Below are positions 13,925 to 21,186 of a DNA stretch of 25,795 bases, piece by piece. Position numbers and translations under genes: made by a program. The DNA is from an uncultured Clostridia bacterium (lineage in GTDB: Bacteria > Bacillota > Clostridia > Christensenellales > Aristaeellaceae): positions 1 to 25,795 of the forward strand of contig CALGBY010000097.1 of NCBI GenBank assembly GCA_937886445.1, in the 5' to 3' direction. Numbering within the stretch: position 1 is the first letter of the stretch; every line of letters starts with the position of its first letter. The notes below the pieces were generated by a model. The model searched no databases and was not told the DNA's origin. It saw only the letters and a list, made by a program, of their open reading frames with translations.

Positions 13925-13952
13925 ATTTTACCATATTAAGGATGTTTGTCAA
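13925..13952 (-). promoter_or_regulatory. Promoter of the membrane-paralog/lipoprotein operon
   Basis: On the minus strand: TTGACA (13947-13952), 16 nt, TGgTAAAAT extended -10 (TAAAAT 13925-13930). It lies within a markedly AT-rich island. Confidence 0.6.
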
Positions 13953-14107
13953 TACGCATATTCTGACCATATTTTGCATATTTTGTTGCAAATCTTGTTT
14001 TTTCCGGTTCAACATGCCGGTGCTGTCACGGCCCGAAGCGCTTTGTCTCCGGCGCGTTCCGCCTGTTCCTTTCATAGGAGGCATTCCGCAGCCGGATATT
14101 TCCGCGC

Positions 14108-14851
14108 TTATGTATTTTCCGGATCCTGTTCAAAATAGCGTTTCACTTCGTCATAGCTTTTGATATCACCGATATCAAAACGCTTTCCCGGCATCCTGTA
14201 GGCATGCATCCGTGTTTTGCGGCTCAGCCACGCGGCAAAGCTGCCGGGCGCGTCATAGCCGCAGCCCGCGTCAAGCGCTTCGCCGATCCTTGCGATGTCC
14301 CCCGCTTTATAGAAATAAAAGGGCGGTACGGCCAGGCTTCCTTTGGGCTGCTCAGGCTTTTCCTCATAGGAGGTGATCAGCCCGTTTTCGTCCGTCGTGA
14401 TCACCGCGGTCTTCCTGAGACGCGCAAGCTCGTTTTCCTCATGGCACATCACACAGGAGGTTCCCTTTTCCTCCGAAAACGCGAGAAAACCCGAAAGGGA
14501 AAAATCCAGCGCGTTGTCTCCCGCCATCACAAGCACATCATCCCGGATCCCGGTCTCCCGGAGAGCAAACAGGATGTCCTTCACGGCGCCCAGACGGGTC
14601 TCGTTGCTCTCTGTACCGTCATTGAGCACCGTGATCCGCTGACGGTGCTTCGCGGCCCAGGCACTGAAAATATCCGCAAAGCGGGCATTGGATACCGTGA
14701 TATACTCATCCACCTTCCCTGTGCTTTCAAGATCCGCTATCAGCCTGTCCAGCACCGTGCTGCTGCCGATGGGAAGAAGAGGCTTGGGGAAATTCTGTGT
14801 GAGAGGGTAAAGCCTTGTCGCGTAGCCCGCGGCCAGAAAAATACACTTCAT
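14108..14851 (-). CDS. Sugar-1-phosphate nucleotidyltransferase (NTP_transferase family, RmlA/GalU-like short form)
   Basis: The N-terminus MKCIFLAAGYATRLYPLTQNFPKPLLPIG matches the G-x-G-T-R-L/KPL signature (LAAGxxTRL...KPLLPI). The protein is 247 aa, and the gene begins 18 nt after the kinase stop. Confidence 0.85.
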   Translation of the reverse strand: MKCIFLAAGYATRLYPLTQNFPKPLLPIGSSTVLDRLIADLESTGKVDEYITVSNARFADIFSAWAAKHRQRITVLNDGTESNETRLGAVKDILFALRETGIRDDVLVMAGDNALDFSLSGFLAFSEEKGTSCVMCHEENELARLRKTAVITTDENGLITSYEEKPEQPKGSLAVPPFYFYKAGDIARIGEALDAGCGYDAPGSFAAWLSRKTRMHAYRMPGKRFDIGDIKSYDEVKRYFEQDPENT

Positions 14852-14869
14852 ATCTGTTTCTCCTTCTTA

Positions 14870-16249
14870 TCAAAGGTGTACGCCGTTCGCGGAAAGGCAG
14901 ATCGCCGCGGTATATTTGTCCTTCAGCGCGGGAAACAGCGCAGTATACTCTTTTTCCACTTTTTCAAGGATGCTTTTCCGGTAGGCGGGATCGATCAATG
15001 CCATACAGCATCCCTTGAAGCCCGCGCCTGAAAAACGGCCGCCCCATATCCCGTCTGTGCGGGTCATGATCTCATACAGCGCCTTCAATTCCGGAGAGCC
15101 GGTATCATAAAGTTCGATACTGCTCTTTCCGCTTTCAAAGCAAAGACGGCCGTAGGCTTCGATATCTCCCCTGCGCCAGGCCTCGGCTCCGACTTCCACG
15201 CGGCGCATCTCGCCGTAATAATGCTCGGCACGCATACGCCATTTTTCCGGCAGACGGTGAGCATAGCGCTCAAACACCTCCTCCGGCACATCACGCAGGC
15301 GGGTATCCTCATACTTGCCGTATTCCATCCCCGAAAAAGCCTTCAGCGCGTACGCCGCGCTTTTGCATTCGTCCACACGCATGTTATATCCGCTGCCGGC
15401 CAGGCTGCGCTCAAGGCCGGAAAAGAACACTGCGATCTCATACGGCTTCATCGAGGGCGCGGTCGGGATCAGCTCATAGCTGTCATTCAAAGTATCAAGG
15501 TAAAGCAGATGATCCTTTTTGCTCAGCACCTCGCAGCTCTGGTCCAGCTTGCCGCAGGATACGCCTACATATTCGTTTTCCGCGCGTTTCGCGGTCATGA
15601 TCAGTTCCTGATCGGAAAGCGTGATGCCGTTCGCCCTGCAAAGCGCGGTGAGAAAGGTGATGATGACCGCCGCGGAGGAGGAAAGGCCGCCGATGGGCAG
15701 GTCTCCCTCCAGCACACCGCAGATGCCCACCTGCAGGCGATGCTTCGCCGCGAGCGCAAGCGTTGCGCCGCGAAGATGATCCGCCCAGTCTCCCTGCTTG
15801 GTTTCGGGCACGGAGGAAATATGCCACTGCGCGCGCTTGGGAAAATTGACAGAGGAAAGCTCGATCACGCCGTTCTGCTTGGCGTGATACGCCAGATGAA
15901 TGCCCTTATCGATGGCAAGACCGGTGATCTTTCCCCACTGGTGATCGATATGCGCGCCGATCGGACATACACGGTAGGGGGTGAATACCAGATGCTCCGG
16001 CGCCTTGAAATAAGTATCCTCAAAGCGCTTCACAGCGTTTTCAGCCTCGTTTTTCTGTTCCTTCATATCTTTTTTGAGCGCGAACTCCCGGGTACGGGCA
16101 TCCAGAGGCGCCTCCGCGCTTTCGGGGATACGCCAGATCCCGTTTTCCCGGATGCTGCCCTCCACCCTGCCGTCACGGCACAGCGCGCGCACCCTTCTTT
16201 CATTCATGTTCCAGCGCTGAGCCGTTTCACTCACACTTTTGTACGCCAT
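14870..16249 (-). CDS. Fusion of an N-terminal HTH (MerR/excisionase-like HTH_17 type) to a galactokinase-family GHMP sugar kinase
   Basis: ORF track gives 14870..16348. I trimmed it to ATG 16249 (MAYKSVSETAQRW), which has AAAGGGAG RBS. The HTH is SETAQRWNMNERRVRALCRDGRVEGSIRENGIWRIP. The GalK-like signature is YRVCPIGAHIDHQWG (canonical RVNLIGEHxDY). The GHMP ATP motif is GDLPIGGLSSSAAV. Confidence 0.8.
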   Translation of the reverse strand: MAYKSVSETAQRWNMNERRVRALCRDGRVEGSIRENGIWRIPESAEAPLDARTREFALKKDMKEQKNEAENAVKRFEDTYFKAPEHLVFTPYRVCPIGAHIDHQWGKITGLAIDKGIHLAYHAKQNGVIELSSVNFPKRAQWHISSVPETKQGDWADHLRGATLALAAKHRLQVGICGVLEGDLPIGGLSSSAAVIITFLTALCRANGITLSDQELIMTAKRAENEYVGVSCGKLDQSCEVLSKKDHLLYLDTLNDSYELIPTAPSMKPYEIAVFFSGLERSLAGSGYNMRVDECKSAAYALKAFSGMEYGKYEDTRLRDVPEEVFERYAHRLPEKWRMRAEHYYGEMRRVEVGAEAWRRGDIEAYGRLCFESGKSSIELYDTGSPELKALYEIMTRTDGIWGGRFSGAGFKGCCMALIDPAYRKSILEKVEKEYTALFPALKDKYTAAICLSANGVHL

Positions 16250-16292
16250 AATACTGTACTCCCTTTCTGTAAGGCCCCGTACCTTCACGGGC

Positions 16293-16321
16293 ATTATACA
16301 AAACGGCACGCACGGTGTCAA
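16293..16321 (-). promoter_or_regulatory. Consensus promoter of the HTH-kinase/nucleotidyltransferase operon
   Basis: On the minus strand: TTGACA (16316-16321), 17 nt, TATAAT (16293-16298) with a TG extension (tTGtTATAAT). Confidence 0.75.
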
Positions 16322-16346
16322 GTTACTTATTGACATCGCGCGTGCC
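16305..16346. promoter_or_regulatory. Candidate operator: 17-bp-arm inverted repeat overlapping the -35
   Basis: GGCACGCACGGTGTCAA (16305-16321), an 8-bp spacer, then TTGACATCGCGCGTGCC (16330-16346). The arms are complementary at 15 of 17 positions, and the inner end of the left arm is the -35 hexamer. Confidence 0.5.
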
Positions 16347-16409
16347 ATGTACAGTTATACGCTTTTTGAAACCTTACCCGGCTTTTCCTTCATCCGGTAC
16401 CGCAGGATC

Positions 16410-17807
16410 TCAGTCGCCTGCCTCACCGGTCACGCCGTCCTGCTCCGCGGCCTCCAGCGCGGCCAGATCCTCCTCGCTCATCTCTCCGGTCACACCGTCC
16501 TGCTCCGCCGCTTCCACAGCGGGAGCGATATAGGCCTTTCCGGCATCGGTATAAACGATCTCGCACTCCTGCATCCAGCCGTTGAGCAGCTCCGTAAAGG
16601 CGCTGTTGCGGGCGTCATCAAGCAGATAGCTCCGGATCTCCTCCGCTTCCTCAGCAGTCATTTCAGCCGCGCCGGCAGGGATATCACGCAGGTAGTACAC
16701 GATATACACACCGTAGCTGCCTACGGCCGGCTCGCTGATGCCGCCGATGCTTTCAATGGACATCGCGGCGTTTTTGAAGGCGGGATCCCATACCATGCTG
16801 TCCGCGGCAACGGCATAGCCGTTTGCAAGCGTATCGGGATCAGTCATGCCGGGGTCGGTATTGAATTCCCTGATCAGATCGGTAAAGGCCTCTCCCGCGG
16901 CAAAACGGGTCTGCACTTCGTCGATCTCATTCTGCACGGAGGCGATCACGGCAGCCTCGGCAGCCTTGACATCCTCCTCGGTCACCTTGTTTTCACTGTC
17001 CTCGGTCTGAGAAGCAAAGGCTTCGGAAACGGTCGTCCAGGCCTCCAGCGCGCTGTCATCCGCCTCCAGGAGGATCTGCAGCACACCGCGGTATCCTGAG
17101 GGCGTATAGTGGGCGGCATAGCCGTAGTAACGCGTGTAATACTCGTACATCCCCACATTGCCTTCAAAGTTGGCCTCCTCCTCGGCGACCATCGTGTCAT
17201 AGTATTCCTTCACCTTGTCATCACCCACGGTGATATCGGCGGTATACGCCTCAACGGCATGCTGATACTCGGCCGATTCGGTATACTCGGCTGTCAGTGA
17301 TTCCAGCGTATAGCCGCTCTGCTGCTCCAGCATCAGGCTGCATTCCGCGTACGCGTCCGCCCGGTCCTGCTCGCTGCTTTCCTCCGTTATGCCGTACAGC
17401 TGCCCGGCAATGGTCCAGACGGCGCTGTCCCAGGCATCCTTCGCGTCATCGCGGACCGCCTGCATTTCCTCTTCCGTCATGGAAAGCCCGTCCTGCTCAC
17501 ACTTCTGGACCGCCAGAATGAGCGACGCCGCGCTGTTGACGGCTGCTTCGCGCAGCTCGGCCTGTGCCTCGGTATTGGCTGAAAGATCCACACCGTAATT
17601 CTCGGCGTAATAGTTGATCATGTAGTTATAGTAATAGTCCGCTTTCGCGCGCAGAACGGGCGTGCCGTTCACATAGCAGAGGATATCCTCCGCGCTTTCC
17701 GCGGGCTGCGCGGTCTCTTCAGCCACCGCGTTCACGAAGACAAGCGCGAGGCACAGTACCAGCGCGAGCACCTTGAGCACACTGTTGTTGCGGTTCATCT
17801 TTGTCAT
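16410..17807 (-). CDS. Secreted PrsA/SurA-like foldase (parvulin-type PPIase-like domain) with an acidic duplicated C-terminal tail
   Basis: The signal peptide is VLKVLALVLCLALVFVNAVA-EE. The N-terminal region is SurA_N-like (VNGTPVLRAKADYYYNYM...). The parvulin-like end is GGISEPAVGSYGVYIVYYLRDI. The C-terminus carries AEQDGVTGE twice. Confidence 0.6.
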   Translation of the reverse strand: MTKMNRNNSVLKVLALVLCLALVFVNAVAEETAQPAESAEDILCYVNGTPVLRAKADYYYNYMINYYAENYGVDLSANTEAQAELREAAVNSAASLILAVQKCEQDGLSMTEEEMQAVRDDAKDAWDSAVWTIAGQLYGITEESSEQDRADAYAECSLMLEQQSGYTLESLTAEYTESAEYQHAVEAYTADITVGDDKVKEYYDTMVAEEEANFEGNVGMYEYYTRYYGYAAHYTPSGYRGVLQILLEADDSALEAWTTVSEAFASQTEDSENKVTEEDVKAAEAAVIASVQNEIDEVQTRFAAGEAFTDLIREFNTDPGMTDPDTLANGYAVAADSMVWDPAFKNAAMSIESIGGISEPAVGSYGVYIVYYLRDIPAGAAEMTAEEAEEIRSYLLDDARNSAFTELLNGWMQECEIVYTDAGKAYIAPAVEAAEQDGVTGEMSEEDLAALEAAEQDGVTGEAGD

Positions 17808-17883
17808 GTTCTTCTCCTTTATTTCCGGGAACGCCGCGCACTGCAGCCTCTCCCCTGTTCTGATCCGGCCCTGCCGGTCTGTA

Positions 17884-18477
17884 TCAGTTCACGCGGCTGA
17901 GCAGGATCTGCGCGTTGCCGCTGTTGACGAGTATCATAGCGCCGCCGTTATCATAGCATGAGAACTGCTCGCTGTAGCCGCTCAGGATCAGCTGCCCGTT
18001 ATCATAGCTGTATACGCCCTGCGCGTTTTTCACACCGGTATATACGCCGCCGTAATAGAGATTCTGAGAAGCGGTGTAGGTACCGTCCGCAAGGAAGGTG
18101 AACACCGTGTCCCCCGAGATCTGCATATTGACCTCCGCGCCTTCCATACGCTGGCTGTCCGCGGCGCTCACTCTCCACGAGCCGGTCAGCCCGGCGGTAT
18201 TCCCCTGCGGAACGGGAACAGCGGTCGCCTGCGGCAGATAGGGCACATCCGTCCTGTAAGGATAGATCAGATCCGTCGCTTTGGGGATCTCCGTTACCGC
18301 TACCGGGATCGCCTGAACAGGCGTTACCTGCACATTGCGGCTGTTCTTATCATTGTCAGACCCGCACGCTGAAAGCAGCAGGCAAAAAACACACAGCAAA
18401 GCGGCCAGAAGCATGAAGCGCTTCCTGCCGCCGCAGACAAAGGAGCCTTTATTCATTCCTGTTTTCATCATTTTCAT
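17884..18477 (-). CDS. Lipoprotein with a Pro/Val-rich linker and a small lipocalin-like C-terminal domain
   Basis: A classical lipobox is present (LLLSAC-GSD). LTGSWRV...TFLADGTYT...GVYSYDNGQLILSG resembles lipocalin-like/DUF4923-type beta domains. The start is ambiguous because there are several in-frame ATGs between 18477 and 18457. Confidence 0.7.
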   Translation of the reverse strand: MKMMKTGMNKGSFVCGGRKRFMLLAALLCVFCLLLSACGSDNDKNSRNVQVTPVQAIPVAVTEIPKATDLIYPYRTDVPYLPQATAVPVPQGNTAGLTGSWRVSAADSQRMEGAEVNMQISGDTVFTFLADGTYTASQNLYYGGVYTGVKNAQGVYSYDNGQLILSGYSEQFSCYDNGGAMILVNSGNAQILLSRVN

Positions 18478-18655
18478 CTTTATGTTCCGCCTCCGGTCGA
18501 AGCTTCAACGGCTGTTTGAAAACGGGCCGTGTACCATTTTCCGTCTCTTCGCTTTCAGGGCGGTCCTGACATGTCATTCCCCCCTGTACGCATGCTATCA
18601 TAACACAGTCCGCACCGAATATCAATGCAAACAGTCACGATATCGCTCACGCGTT

Positions 18656-18672
18656 TGTAAACTTAATGTAAA
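18656..18672 (+). promoter_or_regulatory. Direct hexamer repeat TGTAAA-N5-TGTAAA (OmpR/WalR-type response-regulator box look-alike)
   Basis: TGTAAA (18656-18661), cttaa, TGTAAA (18667-18672). It lies in the divergent intergenic region, 48 nt upstream of the -35 at 18720. Confidence 0.25.
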
Positions 18673-18719
18673 TTCGGGAACGATATTGCTTTGCTTCTGC
18701 TTTATGGGCAAAACGCGTA

Positions 18720-18748
18720 TTGCACGCGCGGCTGTTCTATGGGATAAT
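18720..18748 (+). promoter_or_regulatory. Candidate promoter of the small ORF/cotH pair
   Basis: TTGCAC (18720-18725), 17 nt, GATAAT (18743-18748). Confidence 0.5.
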
Positions 18749-18788
18749 AAAGAGGCACAGAAGCGATCATGCGCGTACGGAGGGAAAC

Positions 18789-19076
18789 ATGTCTGACACA
18801 CGCCTTTGGGTAAGACTGATCAAAAAAAACAGGATCACAGCGGATACGACGGTACCGTGCGCGCGCACGGAATGGGAAGACGCGCTGGGCGAAGCCTGCC
18901 GGAAGCTGGACGCTCCGCGTCCCATTGTGATCGATAAGCACAGGAGAGACTGGGAAGCCTTTTCTCAGATACGCTTCCTGCCGGATCATTTTGTCGAAGC
19001 CGTCTCCTTTGACCGGATGGAGGCGGAATTTATCAATCCGGAGGAAAAAAAGACGATCAATGAAAAGTATCTGTAA
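18789..19076 (+). CDS. Small hypothetical protein (95 aa) translationally overlapping cotH
   Basis: ORF track gives 18720..19076. I trimmed it to ATG 18789 because GGAGGG (18778-18783) lies 5 nt upstream. The protein has balanced composition and no TM segment. Its stop overlaps the cotH ATG by 17 nt. I do not recognise the family. Confidence 0.55.
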   Translation: MSDTRLWVRLIKKNRITADTTVPCARTEWEDALGEACRKLDAPRPIVIDKHRRDWEAFSQIRFLPDHFVEAVSFDRMEAEFINPEEKKTINEKYL

Positions 19077-21120
19077 TGCCGCGCGCCGGGCGGTGATCTC
19101 CGTAAAGGCGCTGCCTCTGCTGCTTCTGCTGTTTTTCTGTTTTTGCGCGCGGGCGGAGGACGGCATCGTTTTTTCGGAAGTGATGGCCAAAAACGGCACC
19201 TACAAAAACGGTCACGCCTATGACTGGCTGGAAGTGTACAACGGCGGAAAGCAGACGGCGGATCTCGGCGGATACTGGCTGTCAAACGATCCGGACGATC
19301 CGTTCATCTGGCAGATACCGCAGGGAACGAAGCTGAAAAAGGGCGCCTTTCTGCTGGTATACTGCACAGGCGATAAAAGCATCGCGCCGGGCGGCGGAAG
19401 CGTGCTGTACGCCCCCTTCAAGATCTCGGCAAAGGGGGTCACTCTGACGCTCTCAGACCGGGACGGGCAGGCAGTGACCTCGCTGTATGTCCCGCGGCAA
19501 TATGCCGATATTTCATGGGGCCGGTTACGCGGCGGAAGCGAATACATGTATCTTTCCGCTCAGACCCCCGGAAAGCAAAACACCGGGAGCGGCGCGGAGC
19601 GCGTAACAGACGAGCCCTCTCTTTCATCCGCGGGAGGGCATTACAGTGAAGCTGTCACCGTACAGGTCTCCGGGAAGCCCGGTGATACCCTGCGCTACAC
19701 CACGGACGGTTCCCTGCCCACGGAAAAAAGCAAGGTATTTCCGGCGGACGGGCTGAAGATCTCAAAAACCTCCGTGCTGCGCGTACGCGCCTTCGCGAAG
19801 GACGCCGTAGCCGGGCAGGCGGCAGCCGCCACCTACCTGATCCGGGAAGAGCACACTGTACCGGCTGTTTGTCTCATCAGCGATGAAAAATATCTTTTTG
19901 ACAGCAAGACCGGCGCTCTGGTCAAGGGGACCGGCTCCACGCCCAACTATGAAAAAGAGCTGGAATATCCTGTACACATAGAATATTTCGATACCGACGG
20001 CCGCTGTCTCATTTCCCAGACAGGCACATTTACCGCCGCCGGCCATTCCGCCAGACAGAACACCCAGAAATCCATCGCGATCTATGCGCGCGGCGTATTC
20101 GGAAAGGATACCTTTGACTTTGATCCTTTTCCCCACAGAGATCATTCCTCCTACAAAAGCCTGCTCCTCAGGAGCACCAACTCCGACGCCTTTTCCACCC
20201 GTCTGCGTGACGCCGTATATTCCTCCCTCGCGGAAAAGCTGGATATCGCCGTGCAGGACGCGCTGGCCGTGGAAGTATACATCAACGGCCGCTACTGGGG
20301 GCACTATAACCTGAGGGAAAAGATCAATAAGTACTTTGTCGCGCAGCGTGAAAATGTTACGGATCCGGAAGACATTGAAAACATCGATATCCTTGCCCGC
20401 ACGGGAAGCGACAGGTTTGTTCAGCACGGCAGCAATGAAGACTGGCTTAAGCTTTGCGATTTCTGCAAGACAAAAGATCTGAACGACCCCGAAAACCTTG
20501 CCTTTGTGGAGGAAAGGCTGGATATCGACAGTCTGTTCACACACGCGGCGTTTGAGATCATTATCGGCAACGGTGATTTTACCAATGTACGGGTATACCG
20601 TGTGCCGGGCGGAAAATGGAAATACCTGCTGTTCGATACAGAAGCCGGCTTCAACAATGATGAGTGGAATGTGAGCCCGCTCGAATACTATATCAAGCCG
20701 GTATCAGGCAAGATCCAGGGCTTCCGTCACGAGCCGCTGAACGCGCTGCTGAATGTGCCTGAGATGAAAGCCCGTTTTTTGGAACGGTATGCCGGGATCC
20801 TGGAGCTCTGTTTCCTCAAGCCCGTTCTGGATGAGACCTTCTCCGGATGGGAAGAAACGGTAGGACGCCTTCTCCCGCGCCATATCGCGCGCTGGAAAAA
20901 CCTGACCGTAAAAAAATGGCAGCAGAATGTATCGGCCGTTAAGAATCATGCAAGGCGGCGTCCCGCCGTATCCGTGATACTGCTCGGGCGGGCCATGAAG
21001 CTTTCGGACAGTGAGCTGGAGCAGTACTTCGGAGAGATCATGAAAAAACTGGTCGATACCAATTTTTCCGAAAAGGAAAAGAAAAGCTTTTTCGGCAGCG
21101 TGAACCGCTGGTGGGAATAA
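19060..21120 (+). CDS. cotH: Secreted CotH-family kinase with N-terminal lamin-tail (LTD) and chitobiase/hexosaminidase-C-like (CHB_HEX_C) domains
   Basis: ORF track gives 18991..21120. I trimmed it to ATG 19060 (MKSICNAARRAVISVKALPLLLLLFFCFCARA, a signal peptide). The LTD is IVFSEVMAKNG...DWLEVYNGG...LGGYWLSND. The CHB_HEX_C-like region is GGHYSEAVTVQVSG...LRYTTDGSLPT. The CotH core is LLLRSTNSD...VEVYINGRYWGHYNLREKI and WKYLLFDTEAGF. Confidence 0.85.
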   Translation: MKSICNAARRAVISVKALPLLLLLFFCFCARAEDGIVFSEVMAKNGTYKNGHAYDWLEVYNGGKQTADLGGYWLSNDPDDPFIWQIPQGTKLKKGAFLLVYCTGDKSIAPGGGSVLYAPFKISAKGVTLTLSDRDGQAVTSLYVPRQYADISWGRLRGGSEYMYLSAQTPGKQNTGSGAERVTDEPSLSSAGGHYSEAVTVQVSGKPGDTLRYTTDGSLPTEKSKVFPADGLKISKTSVLRVRAFAKDAVAGQAAAATYLIREEHTVPAVCLISDEKYLFDSKTGALVKGTGSTPNYEKELEYPVHIEYFDTDGRCLISQTGTFTAAGHSARQNTQKSIAIYARGVFGKDTFDFDPFPHRDHSSYKSLLLRSTNSDAFSTRLRDAVYSSLAEKLDIAVQDALAVEVYINGRYWGHYNLREKINKYFVAQRENVTDPEDIENIDILARTGSDRFVQHGSNEDWLKLCDFCKTKDLNDPENLAFVEERLDIDSLFTHAAFEIIIGNGDFTNVRVYRVPGGKWKYLLFDTEAGFNNDEWNVSPLEYYIKPVSGKIQGFRHEPLNALLNVPEMKARFLERYAGILELCFLKPVLDETFSGWEETVGRLLPRHIARWKNLTVKKWQQNVSAVKNHARRRPAVSVILLGRAMKLSDSELEQYFGEIMKKLVDTNFSEKEKKSFFGSVNRWWE

Positions 21121-21122
21121 AG

Positions 21123-21175
21123 AAAAAGCAGGGTCCGCTCCGGCACAGCCGGAAGCCCGGGACACCTGCTTTTTT
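21123..21175. terminator. Bidirectional rho-independent terminator between convergent cotH and the deacetylase gene
   Basis: Arms AAAAAGCAGG (21123-21132) and CCTGCTTTTT (21165-21174) enclose a further GC-rich sub-helix. An A-run and a T-run flank it. Confidence 0.75.
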
Positions 21176-21186
21176 CATGCCTTTCT

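Noticed and set aside
15221-16333. 370-aa + ORF antisense to the kinase gene, along with similar antisense ORFs at 14204..15031, 16239..17099, 11954..12820, 10352..10924, 9361..10200 and 19762..20544
   Set aside because: All are shadow ORFs opposite genes with clear family motifs. They have R/G/H-rich skewed composition and no RBS or promoter.
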